In this document: one piece after another, positions 51,901-62,280 of the stretch | How positions within the stretch are numbered: the stretch's first letter is position 1 | Layout: every line of letters starts with the position of its first letter | Assembly (NCBI RefSeq): GCF_964355755.1 | Contig: NC_092680.1 | Coordinates: 10,044,001-10,108,000 of the forward strand | DNA from: Antedon mediterranea | Taxonomy: Eukaryota; Animalia; Echinodermata | DNA length: 64,000 bases | Direction: 5' to 3' | Position numbers and translations under genes: made by a program | Notes under the pieces: model-generated | Seen by the model: only the letters and a program-made list of their open reading frames with translations | Databases searched by the model: none | What the model was told of the DNA's origin: nothing

Positions 51901-54900
51901 TAACTGCAATAACGTATGACTGATTGCAAAGTAAAATTTTATGATGAATTCACTGCAATAAACATTGTGTATGATTACCCCCGAAAAAAAGCTTGCTAGA
52001 TAATTGTATATAACTATAATTTTGACATGGTCCTTAACTTTATAACTTTTAATTGTATGCAGTACTGTACCTATTCTCTAATATAACAAATTTGAAGTCT
52101 CAGTCTTGCATCTACTATGCTATTCCACTATACATAGTGACCAGAACATTTTACATTTAAAATCTTTTTGAACTAATTTTGTGTTATTTTTCTTTTAAGT
52201 TGCGAATGGAAGCTGCACAAGCTGTTGCAATCATTGATGATAGAGCCTGTGATAGTTTTCATTGTTTGTATATGACCAGCCTACCCTTCACTTCCAGATT
52301 TGACCACTTATTTCAGTAAGTCAATTTAAATTTGTGGCATAAAATATTTTATGTTTTTACATTATTTATTATATAAAAAACAAAATGACTTAATTGAATG
52401 CATTTTTTGTTATAGTATTTGTAATTTGTCGCAACTTAAGATGACATGTTCATCACAGATGTGTGGTGACCAATCAATGGACCTTGGCGGAAACTATGTG
52501 CAGGCTAGCATCCCTAAGCTACTGGAATTCTTACAAGATGGACTGGATAAACGTGTTCATTTCATTCAATTGAAAACAACAGAAACTAAAGAGGTGTGTG
52601 ATCAGTAAAACTTTATTGATCTCTAAAAGATAAATTTCAACCAATTTCAAAGCATTACTAATTTGTAGTGTAGCTTTGGCACAATCCTAAGGTTTAGGGT
52701 TCAATCCTAACCAACTCCACTCCCTAGGCCTCAAAAAAGTTTATTTATTCATCTTGTAATTGTTGAGTTACTTGCTATTGAATGTTTATGAAATACTGTA
52801 AATATAATTTTTAATTTTAAACGTATCAAATTATTTCTTCATATTTCTGTTAATTACCTAATAAAATGATTTTTTACTCTTTAGTGGGAAATTTCATCAC
52901 TACCACCAAGTTTTAATAAAGGACTTCTGACATTTGGCTTAAACCTCAATACACAGTTTTCATCAATTATTTTGGATAAGGGTCCAGAATCAAACACACA
53001 ACTAGCTAAAGTGTTTCGCAAATTCTGGGGTGATAAAGCAGAGATGCGTCGTTTTCAAGATGGTTCAATATGTGAGGCTGTTGTATGGCCTGGTAAGAGT
53101 CTGGCTGATAGGAGACTAGTTGTCAATCATGTTATCAAGTATATACTACAGCGGTAAGTCTTTTGTTATGTTTTTACTCGGGGTACCCGAGTCTAGGACT
53201 CTCTCATCTTCTTCTCCTCTTTCTCTTTCTCTTCCTCTTATTCTTCCATCTGGACACTATTGAGTCAACTTTGAAGTCCTACTAGTTCTTCACGCGTCGT
53301 CATGACTACTTCAATAAGCCTATTCCAAACCATTGGTGACCTTGGAGTCACTCAGGCAGGCTGAACGCATTTTTGGTTGTGCTAACAACCATGCAGCGCC
53401 ACCTACCGTCTTGACTTGACTTGACTTATGGCGAGTGGAGTCCTCGAACCACCATGGCCCTCCAAAGTTTCTTGTCTGTCATAGCTGTTTCCACTTCTGC
53501 TCCCTCCAAGCCAGTATCCATCCTTAGAACGTCTGTATACAAAAGAGGTGGTCTGCCTGGTTTCTTTTTCCCATGTCTTGGTTTCCAGACTACTAGTTCT
53601 GACACAGGCTCTTGCTTACTTCTGAAGCAGTGGCCAGCAAATCGGTTCCTTCTCTCTCTGATTTTTTGAGAGAGATTTGGTAGATCACCGTAGAGCTCCT
53701 TGTTGGTTTTATGCTCACTCCAATGAATGTTGAAAACTGTTCGCAGCATCCTTGTATAACAGCCATCCAGGCTCTTTCAATTTTTTTGGTGACTGTCCAG
53801 GATTCACATCCATTTAGAAGGACTGATTCTACCGTGGCTGCGAAGATGCGATACTTTAGCGATTTGGGCAGAGAGCTGACTTCCCGATTGTCTTTAGCTT
53901 ACAACATGCTCTCTCTTAGCTTATATCCTGCTCTGTACTTGACATCCAAGCGCCAAGATATTTGAAATCGTGTACTTCATGAAGGATGGAACCATCTTTT
54001 GTTTTGATAGAGACTGGTTGCGTTTGGTTGTAGGTCATGTATTTGGTCTTCTTGGTGTTCATTGCTAGCCCCACAGATGCTACTGATGCTTCCACTCTGT
54101 ATAGAAGGTCTTGTGCCTGATGTACTTCCTCTGACAGGAGGGCAATGTCATCAGCAAAGTCTAAGTCTGTGAGTACTTTTGGGCCAACTCTCCTGCTTTG
54201 CCTCCTAACAAGCTGGAAACCAAGTTCTTCCTCTTTTCCATCTATTGCCTTCCTCATTGCATAATCAAGAGCAATAACAAAAAGATATGGAGCTAGAGTG
54301 TCTCCCTGAAGTACCCCCGCTAGAATGTTAAAAGTCTCAGTATCTCCGTCAGGTGTGACCACTTTAGCCTTAGTACCTTGATACATAGTCCCAAGAGCAT
54401 CAACATTCTCTCTTGAAATTCCATACGCCTTAAGAATTTAAAGCATCTTCCCACAGTGAATAGTGTCAAATGCCTTCTTAAAGTCGATGAATGTGATGAT
54501 AGTAGGCAAGTTGTTCAATTTTACACCTTCTATTATGCGTCTTAAAGCAAGAATGTGGCTTACAGTTGTTCTCCCTTCTCTAAAGCCATTCTGGTTTGTG
54601 CGTAGATGATCATCAAGCTCTGGTCTGATTCTGTTGAGTATCATTTTATTAAAGATCTTGACGACAATTGAACTTAGACTGATGCCTCTGTAGTCCCCTG
54701 ACTTGGCTATCGGAATGATGTTGAGGATTGACCACTGTTCAGGTTTCCTTCCTTCCAGCAGAACTTGGTTGCAAAACCCAAGGATAATATCATCTAGGTT
54801 GCATCTCTTCAAAACTTCTGGAGGAATGCCATCTTCTCCACTACTCTTCCCTTCGACAAGTGATCCTTTCGCTTTATTATACTCCTCTTGATCAAATGGC

Positions 54901-57900
54901 CCTACTTTGATGTCAAGTTCATTTAGGATGGGTGGTGTTTCTTGGTTTTCATGCTCAATTACCTACCGTCAGCATCGTGATACTCTATAGAGAGAACATT
55001 TTTGTACTTCAACCGGATGCAGAATTATGACGTCATAAACATGGTACCAATCGAAAAAATTGCAATATAAAAAAGTACTACTCTTCCTTTATTCGTTGTA
55101 GTATTGAGCTGGGATTTGGTATACATGGACATTTCCTCAAAGCAAGAAATGACGTCTTGAAGATGGTACCTTGGTGTCAAACAAATGTTGTCGTAATATA
55201 GCCGTGTTTGGTGTCATTTCAAAGGTCTTGACTTGGAGAATAAGAATATATACAGTAAAACCTATTTATATATATTGTTGGAAATAGCAAAAAATTACTT
55301 TGAGATTTCATAATTTACCGTAAATATGCCATTTCCGGTTTATGTGACGTAACTTTTCGGAATATAGCCATATTTGGTAGCGAGGTTATTGATGTGTATG
55401 TGACGTTACATCCCGTCTTATAACGTCATTACAGCTTCTTTTGCTGTACCCCGAGTATCGCACATTTGTGCTTGTTTTCTGTAAATAATAGTAGTGACAC
55501 TGTAGCTTTTAACCTAATTGCCTACCTCAGTGGTTTTGGTTTAAATCTCTTACCTAATAGCAAAACATTAATACTACATATCTTACATTAGTGTTTATTT
55601 ATTTCCACAATTTATTTATAATTATATTATAAAATATAAAATGAGACTAAAAAACTCAACTATTAATTATCTTTTAAAAAAAAAAGATAGTATCATGTAT
55701 GATTTATGTACTATAGTATTCTTACTATTACCTTACTAATAGTGATTGATTAGACGTGGAAAGGTTTTTCATGGCTGCAGTATGTCTATTGTCCATATAT
55801 ATCATTTTATCATTATTATATCGAATCTCTTTTTAATACTGAATATCATTCTTTATATCGTTTTAGCTCTGTAATATAAATTTTCTCTGTTTACATATTT
55901 GTTTTATCTAGATTTCAACACAATATAAAAATATTTTATATAATCTTTTAACCTCTGTCTGTGTAATATCACTTAAATATTCATTGATAAATAGATAGAT
56001 AGACATATATACTGTAACCTTCACCATATTGTTTATCATTGCAATAAAAGTGGGTTGCCCCCACAAAAGAGAAAAAAAAAGTCTATTGTCCAATTTTATA
56101 TTATTACAGCACAACACACATAAATTGAAACGGTCTCGATTTATTTTAAACTTCAATGTACTTTTTTTTTAAACTGAAAGTGTTACTAATTTTGTAATTA
56201 ATATAGTTTTTTAACATAATAATATTTCTGTTTTACTACAGATTTGCAAGCCTGGATCCAGAGTCAATCCATTGTGTTGCAGGTCAACTTGATTGCATAC
56301 TGAAGCCTCCAAAGCCTGACAGTACTGCAAGTAAAGGATTATCTAGAGGAACAGGAGAAGAACAGAGCTACTCGATAACACAAGTGTATGATAGCTTAAA
56401 TAAACAATTAAGAGCTTTGAAGGACTTACCACTTGCTGTAACCTCAGTACAGGGTATTTCTCCAACTTTTAGGCACACAGAGGTAAAAGTAATAATAGAT
56501 TTTTAACATTTATCTTGTTTCAACTATTTTAATTGTCTGTTTTAAAAAGATAAAATAAGATTATAATGTAACGGTTTTAAATAGCGACTTCATCATGTTT
56601 CATAATTATCGTTTTTAATATGATGCAGGTAAATAAAGTGTTAAAGTGTTCATTCTATTTCATAATAATATTTATTTTTCTCATTACTTAAAGAATGGTA
56701 AACTTTATTATGTTATTTTTCAGGTTTTTGCAGCTAAACCGACATCACTGAATACCAGAGGGAATAAGGTTCACAAGTTTGTCCAGGTTCCATCTGCAGT
56801 AAATCCATCTTCCAGTTGGGTACCTGCTCACACAAGTATGTACCTTAATTTATAATCCTGCCTATGTTGAGTGGTTAAGACAGTGCAACCGAAATTACGT
56901 AGCCATAACACCAGCAGGGGTTTGAGGCTCACTCACTCCATGGTTTTGGTGGTAGAACGAGTCTTCTCGGATAAGGACTATAAACCGTAGATCTAGTGCA
57001 CTTTAAAGAACCTAGTACATCTTTCCAGACGAGTAGGGCGTTACTCCGGTGTATTAGTACATCACAGCCACTGATCATAACTGGGCCCTGTGGTAGACCA
57101 GTCTTTGATTGAAGAGGTCGCCCAGTATAAATAAAGTATTTCAATTCAATTCATGCCCACAAACAAATATTCTAGTTTTATTTATTGTCGTCAGTGAACC
57201 TGATTTTTTGGTTGAAAATAGTCTGACTTCATGTATTTGTATATTATAGGCAGCCCCTAAAGAATTCGGCACTTTTAAAAAACATGGAAAAATTCTTTTT
57301 TTTTTAATTATATATAAGGAATAGATGTATGCACATTAATTATAAAAGTACAAAACACACACTATCACAAATTTTATGATTGATACAAACACGGTAAGTA
57401 TATATTTTTTTTGATGCCAATTGTTAGTAAAACTATTGTTTTATAGTATTAATCCAGTTTGAAGGAAGCGGACGATGGCCTGACAATGCTGAGGCAGTAC
57501 GTCATATCAAGGCAGCTTTCAATATCAAAGTAGCTGAGCTGTTACACAAGCAACACCAACTCACGACATACGCCACAGCCACTCATATTGATGTTCTTAA
57601 AGTAAGTAAAATTAGAATGACATTTATGTTTAGTATTTGAAAGTGTATTGACCATTTTGTAGTTGATGGCTTGATCTTAAACTAATTCAAGGGAAATACC
57701 CTTAAGATTTGTAATCACTTGAGGGAAATTTTTAACAATTTGATTTTAGTGAATAATCTAGTTTTAAGGGAAATATCACACTTTTAGTGTGATTGGTGAA
57801 TATGCTCAAAGGACTCAGAGGAATCTTTTCAATTATCTTTTCTATTTGCAATGACCAGTGGGAAATCAATTCAACTTTTCCAAAAACTACTGTAATCTTA

Positions 57901-60900
57901 CTTTCCCAGAAAAATGTCTGATTTTCAGAATTTACTTTAACTAGGAACAAAGTTCACATCATCATTTTCTATTTTAATACCAAGTTTCATATTTGACAGA
58001 TTTCAATTAGAAACGACTGACGACATAGGGGCTAATCATTTATGCATCATTGGACCTAGAAACCAAAAACCTCTGTCAAAGAATAGGCTTAATGTGCACA
58101 ATCAATTAACATTCCACTCTATGCCACATCATGTAGACATTTGTATTATAACATTTTATTGCCAAAGAAATTGAATGATAACATTTGTTTTATGTATTGT
58201 GAATAAACAAATAGAGTGTTACAGGGTGAGTGGATTAAGAATATGGATTTAGGATAAATTGGGGAAAACCAATGGAGGAATTGTAGGGAGAGTAGATTAG
58301 GAAATAGATTTATGGAGAAATCTATAGATTTGGAATAAACCATTTTTGATGGAGAATAGTTGAATAATACGTACTACAAACTCTAATCCTAATACAGTGT
58401 GCTGCCATGGCCTTCTATGTTTAAATATATTCTTTTAAACATGCAAAGGTTATGCTTTTACTAGGTTAATGCTGATGATGTTAAACTTTAAGTGTACTAA
58501 TTTGTGAATGTCATTGTCTTAAAAGCCTATCAGGACATTGGGCATTATAAGCTCCATAAATCTGTATTTTATTAATAGGTTATGAGTTCAATGTGATATA
58601 AGAACCTGCAGAATATGTTCGTACTTTAACCGAGGCTAAAAAAAGCAGTAAATTATGTTAAATTTGTTAACAGTGACATCTTCTGTAGGTCTTTTTTTTT
58701 GCATTGAATAGGAAATAGTTTAGTTCTTATATAATTCAGGTGATATATATATATATACTTTTTTAAACCAAGGCTGATAAAAGAAGTGAATGTTAAATTT
58801 GTTACAATCGAAAATAGTGTAGGACGTACGTCATAACATATTTAACATAGCAGAACTGTAATTGTATAAGGAATGATTTATTAAAATTAAAAGTTATGCC
58901 TCTTGTGACTTAATCAAGGACTTTTTCTGACTTGACTGGATAACAAATTATCATTTTAAAATACCTAAATAATTTAAGAATTTTTTTTTGTGGCAGCCAC
59001 AAGCAGTGCAATTTCCATTTTCTTGGACAATTAAAACCTTTTTTTATTGTAATCTTAGCAAATAAAGAATACATTTTAAGCTTAAAAAATATCCAAATAA
59101 ACATACAGAATTTAAACTAGAATTGAATGAATTTGACCGAAAAAAGTCTTGTGCGATTGCAACTTATTCAGAGACTTTAATTCATCTTTACCCACAAGGC
59201 ATATATGTACGATTAATACATTATCAATATCATGTAGAGTGTAGTCGTTTATGTTGTACACTGTCATTTACTTATTGTCAATAGTGCTATAAACAATCTT
59301 TAACACATGTAATATAATGTATGCTTTTAGCACCCATTTGCTGAAATACCATATAAATCTTTATTCTTTATTACAAATTGTTAACAAATTACCATTTTTT
59401 TGAATTAGTACAGTAGGTCTTGGCTACAATAACTTAATAATTGAACCAAACTAATTCCATAGTTTCAAACCAAAAATTATATTTCTTTAAATCTTTCTTT
59501 CATTATTCCACTAATTCTTAATAATATCAAAATATTTATTTTTTTTTTTTTGCTTTTTCAAAGAAGCAAACAATTATTTGATATTTCGAAATGTGTACTA
59601 ACTAAAATTAGTTTTCCTTTTTTGGGCGGGGTACAGTAATATAGCTAAAACTATTACTGTAATCCAGTCAAGCGTTATTTACAATTGTTCACATTACAAA
59701 TAAAATGTTATAGTTAATTATATCTCAACCATAGGTTATAATAGTAAATAACGATTATTTACCTGACGTTTCGCACACCATCAGTTGACTTTCTCAAAGT
59801 GTAGTGACACGTATGTCACCGTTGACCTCTAGATGACGGGGTCAACAAATTGGTCCACACTTGACTGAGTTTGCACCCGCCCTCATCTCTTTTAAAATTG
59901 GGGGTCTTCCTGATCCAGATGGATTCCTTAACCCAGCGTCTTAATCTGACCGATTCCCTGTCAGTGTCAACTACTTTCAAATTATCTCAATCAATAGCAT
60001 GATTTGTCTGGGCCGCATGGTCAGTAATTGCTGACTTGTTGATTTCTGTTTGCGATTGTTTACGTTGCGATCGAGTGTACGCTCGTTCCGAGACCAAATC
60101 AACAGATCGTATATCGGTGAGACAGGACGGAAATTGGGCACTTGACTAAAAGAGCACCAAAAGGACGTTAATTTGGTCTCGGAACGAGCGTACACTTGAT
60201 CGAAACGCAAACAGAAATCAACAAGTCGGGAATTACTGACCATGTAGCGCAGACAAATCACGCTATTGATTTAGATAATTTGAAAGTAGTTGACAGAGAT
60301 GGAGGGCGGATACAAACTCAGTCAAGTGTGGACCAATGTGTTGACCCCGTTATCTAGAGGTCAACGGTGACATACGTGTCACTACACTTTGAGAAAGCCA
60401 ACTGATAGTGGGCGAAATGTCAGGTAAATAATTGTTATTTACTATTATAACCTACGGTTGAGATTTAAATAACTATTACATTTTATTTGTAATTCCAACT
60501 GAATGAATCTTTTTAATGTGTTTACATTACAGTTATTGTTTTCTTAATTGTTTTTCATATAAACAAAATTTCATTGGCAGGACAGCTATGTGTTTCGTCT
60601 GGTAGTCTCTCATCGTCGTGAAGTGCACTTACTAAAGGAGGTGTCCGACTCTACTGGTCTGCTAATGCAACGTGACAATCCAAAATCTCAAGATTTAGAG
60701 AAACGTATAGTTCATCTACCAAGGCTTACAAGTGCATTGAATGGGTATATATCATTTTAATACATAAAAAGTGTCCATGGAAACTTCAACTAATACTGCC
60801 ATCTATGAGAGACCAAATAACATAAATATTTATATTGTAAGATTAAATGATATTTATAAATTTATTTCTCCAGAAAATACAGAAATAATGTCAATAAACT

Positions 60901-61895
60901 TTATATCCTGATAAAAGGGCACCCACACTGTAAGCATAGCATTAATTGTTGGGTCCACAAACATAAGATTGGAAAAATGAGATAAGAATATAGGAAAATA
61001 TATCTAGATGAATAACAAAAAAAATGTACATTTTTATTAGACATATATATATTACTATTTACCCTCTCTCCAAGATATTGTCTTGTAGACTGTCTGCAGT
61101 CTGTCTATCACCATAAAAAACAATGATGTAATTAAAAGCTAAAGTAATAAAGAATCATTATAACAGATAAATCCATATGCTTGGAAGACAATGTACAATA
61201 AATCAAATAAATGTCTTCTTGCAGATAAGAGAAAACAGACCCAAAAGAATTGTCTTTCCCCTCTGGGTTAATAGAATATTTTACTCGATAATACAAATCG
61301 TAATTTTTTCCCTTCCTTCTCTTGCCTTCATGAAGAATTTTTACCTACTGTAAGTTTACCAGACGAAGCTATCGTGAGTTCTTAAATTGTAATTCTGATC
61401 ATTATGTCACCTGAAGCAATTGATACAATCTTTAAAATTATTACAATGTAAATAATTAATTTCAATTAATTGTAGTGGAGCTGTATCTTGGTGGGGACAT
61501 TCTTGCCTTCCAATCCCAAGGCCAAGGGTTCAATCCTGAGCTAGTGCCAAGGTTATAACTCACAACTCTTTCAACTCCACTCCCTTAGCCTCAAATAGTT
61601 TATCCATCCTGTAATTGGCGAGTTTGTGCTCTCTGTTGGATGCGTATTTTTGGTTTTTGTTGTATTCAAATGTACATACCTGTACATGTTGCAATGAATA
61701 TGACTCTAACCAATTTTAGTGTGGTTTTCCTATCTACTTTAGTCTTCAGCAGCAGTATTCCACATTTGGTGCAACCGTGAGACTGTGCAAGAGGTGGGTT
61801 TCAGCCCAACTGCTGTCCAATCATATCTCTGAAGAGTCAGTTGAGCTTCTTGGGGCCTACTTGTACCTTTCTCCTTTACCATATCGAGTTCCAAG
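39741..61895 (+). CDS. NOL6: Nucleolar protein 6 (Nrap/Utp22 family), spliced, 16 coding exons in window, 3'-incomplete
   Basis: Manually spliced GT-AG exons give 2588 nt in one frame with consistent phases. Motifs: YKPPTNEEL, VVGSYLLG..IKP..NVD, KDYLNFRYHHKR, TPHYN, LLKVWLHQR, FDVVFID, DKGP, FRKFWGDKAEMRRFQDGSICEAVVW, EGSGRWP, RLCKRWV. Confidence 0.95.
40175..40291 (+). CDS. NOL6: NOL6 exon 2
   Basis: VKELITEVVLKEKRKKELDEFL...; aaag acceptor, gtgagt donor. Confidence 0.88.
40754..40933 (+). CDS. NOL6: NOL6 exon 3
   Basis: ...KVVGSYLLGAAIKPIYNVDIAVAYPT; tag acceptor, gtttgt donor. Confidence 0.9.
41536..41698 (+). CDS. NOL6: NOL6 exon 4
   Basis: GYIRQKDYLNFRYHHKRSIYLAYLA...; tag acceptor, gtatgt donor. 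Confidence 0.92.
41807..41941 (+). CDS. NOL6: NOL6 exon 5
   Basis: KINKIVKINIRPC...PDNGNINKKWF; cag acceptor, gtaaaa donor; phases fit. Confidence 0.88.
42248..42408 (+). CDS. NOL6: NOL6 exon 6
   Basis: TPHYNTSILRD...DALILLKVWLHQRRLDE; tag acceptor, gtatgt donor. Confidence 0.93.
42657..44501. mobile_element. Non-autonomous TA-flanked DNA transposon (Tc1/mariner-like), NOL6 intron 6
   Basis: Perfect 30-bp TIR CAGTACTGGTCAGAGGACTTTCGACATTCC; TA flanks. Confidence 0.88.
44670..44790 (+). CDS. NOL6: NOL6 exon 7
   Basis: GFGGFNCFIMSMLVVHLL...MSCNQVFKNTLSYL; tag acceptor, gtaagt donor. Confidence 0.92.
44987..46752. mobile_element. Non-autonomous TA-flanked DNA transposon, NOL6 intron 7
   Basis: TIR CAGTACTGACTACAAATCAT / ATGATATGTAGTCAGTACTG; TA flanks. 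Confidence 0.82.
48181..48975. repeat. ~280-bp tandem repeat, 3 copies, with internal ~44-bp duplication
   Basis: taatagcgtatgtactgt..ttaacatagctacc at ~48181, 48458 and 48740; ctgacaactaactatgaaattcttcaacctt is doubled in the first two units. Confidence 0.95.
49135..49295 (+). CDS. NOL6: NOL6 exon 8
   Basis: NWTESGISI...FHNRFDVVFIDSTGYLNFCAD; cag acceptor, gtagga donor. Confidence 0.93.
51851..52034. mobile_element. 184-bp PIF/Harbinger (Tourist-like) MITE, copy 2
   Basis: TIR aggatcatgtcaaa / tttgacatggtcct; TAA TSD. Confidence 0.78.
52200..52315 (+). CDS. NOL6: NOL6 exon 9
   Basis: LRMEAAQAVAIIDD...FHCLYMT...RFDHLF; aag acceptor, gtaagt donor. Confidence 0.9.
52416..52593 (+). CDS. NOL6: NOL6 exon 10
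   Basis: ...DLGGNYVQASIPKLLEFLQDGLDKRV; tag acceptor, gtgtgt donor. Confidence 0.9.
52667..52765 (+). mobile_element. SINE family A, short degenerate copy
   Basis: gggttcaatcct...caactccactccctaggcctcaaa...tttattcatcttgtaattg matches 61473-61640. Confidence 0.6.
52885..53153 (+). CDS. NOL6: NOL6 exon 11
   Basis: LTFGLNL...LDKGPE...FRKFWGDKAEMRRFQDGSICEAVVW; tag acceptor, gtaagt donor. Confidence 0.95.
53172..55474 (+). mobile_element. Helentron-associated (HINE/DINE-1-like) non-autonomous element
   Basis: 12-bp subTIRs tactcggggtac / gtaccccgagta; 5' palindrome actcggg-cccgagt; CT-rich microsatellite; 3' hairpin gcaca-tt-tgtgc; T-rich flanks. Confidence 0.75.
53411..54960 (-). mobile_element. 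5'-truncated RTE LINE (1550 bp)
   Basis: YRGISL, QNGFREGR, FIDFKKAFD, GVLQGDTLAPYLF, DFADD, RFAGHCFR; (tcaag)n tail; perfect 10-bp TSD acctaccgtc (53401-53410, 54961-54970). Confidence 0.95.
56242..56482 (+). CDS. NOL6: NOL6 exon 12
   Basis: GTGEEQ...YDSLNKQLRALKDLPLAVTSVQGISPTFRHTE; cag acceptor, gtaaaa donor. Confidence 0.93.
56724..56835 (+). CDS. NOL6: NOL6 exon 13
   Basis: VFAAKP...SWVPAHT; cag acceptor, gtatgt donor; phases fit. Confidence 0.85.
56860..57153 (+). mobile_element. tRNA-headed SINE with Deu/Nin-like central domain
   Basis: gagtggttaag head; gtcttctcggataaggactataaaccgtag...ttaaagaacctagtacatct...gagtagggcgttactccggtgt core; aataaa plus (ttcaa)n tail. Confidence 0.75.
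57447..57601 (+). CDS. NOL6: NOL6 exon 14
   Basis: IQFEGSGRWPDNAEAVRHIKAAF...HIDVLK; tag acceptor, gtaagt donor. Confidence 0.94.
59758..59804 (-). ncRNA. Candidate minimal hammerhead ribozyme motif (U3-A8 variant)
   Basis: Minus strand cact-UUGAGAA-agtcaactgatggtgtgc-GAAAC-GUC-aggt in the PLE 3' end. Confidence 0.5.
60382..60428 (+). ncRNA. Second candidate hammerhead motif (decayed GAAAU-GUC)
   Basis: cact-UUGAGAA-agccaactgatagtgggc-GAAAU-GUC-aggt. Confidence 0.4.
60581..60744 (+). CDS. NOL6: NOL6 exon 15
   Basis: DSYVFRLVVSHRREVHLLKE...HLPRLTSALNG; cag acceptor, gtatat donor. Confidence 0.93.
61473..61640 (+). mobile_element. tRNA-derived SINE family A, best-preserved copy
   Basis: tcttggtgg A-box-like, gggttcaatcc B-box, tail aaatagtttatccatcctgtaattggcgag (also at 25777 and 26561). 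Confidence 0.68.
61743..61895 (+). CDS. NOL6: NOL6 exon 16 (last identified in window)
   Basis: LQQQYSTFGATVRLCKRWVSAQLL...VELL...YLSPLPYRVP; tag acceptor, gtaggt donor. Confidence 0.93.
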
Positions 61896-62093
61896 GTAGG
61901 TTTGTTGAGCCAAAGTTATGTCTTTAAAAACTAAACTTGTCTTCCAACATCTTCAAAGTAAATTTTATAATCAAATTAGTTTAGTGACTACCTTACTATA
62001 ATAAGATGTGAATTCATTGAGTCCTGTCCTTCAACTGGTGAACATGTACTACATATTAATCACATATTTACTGTGGTGAATGAAATCCTGCTT

Positions 62094-62280
62094 TAGCCTT
62101 TGCAAAAAAGCCGTATACGATCCGTATACGCTGAAAACGTATACGGATCGTATACGATTTCACTGTTTACATTATTTCCACTCTTTTGCTCAACAAAGAG
62201 TTGGCGTCGTATACGTTTAGCATACGTAACGTATACGTTGTTTATACATGATAAGAATATCGTATCATATACGAACAAAC
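62094..62280. repeat. Cluster of cgtatacg palindromes, probable DNA-transposon subterminal region
   Basis: cgtatacg occurs about 6 times; cgtatacgatccgtatacg / cgtatacggatcgtatacg form a 19-bp inverted repeat. Confidence 0.6.

Larger units (their letters stand above)
59693..60493. mobile_element. Penelope-like element remnant as an inverted pair (GIY-YIG C-terminus + 3' end)
   Basis: Arms 59693-60099 and 60171-60493 are reverse complements. Plus strand YIGETGRKLGT*LKEHQKDV and KSGITDHVAQTNHAID; minus strand RRWVKESIWIRK..F.RDEGG.KLSQVW. Confidence 0.85.
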
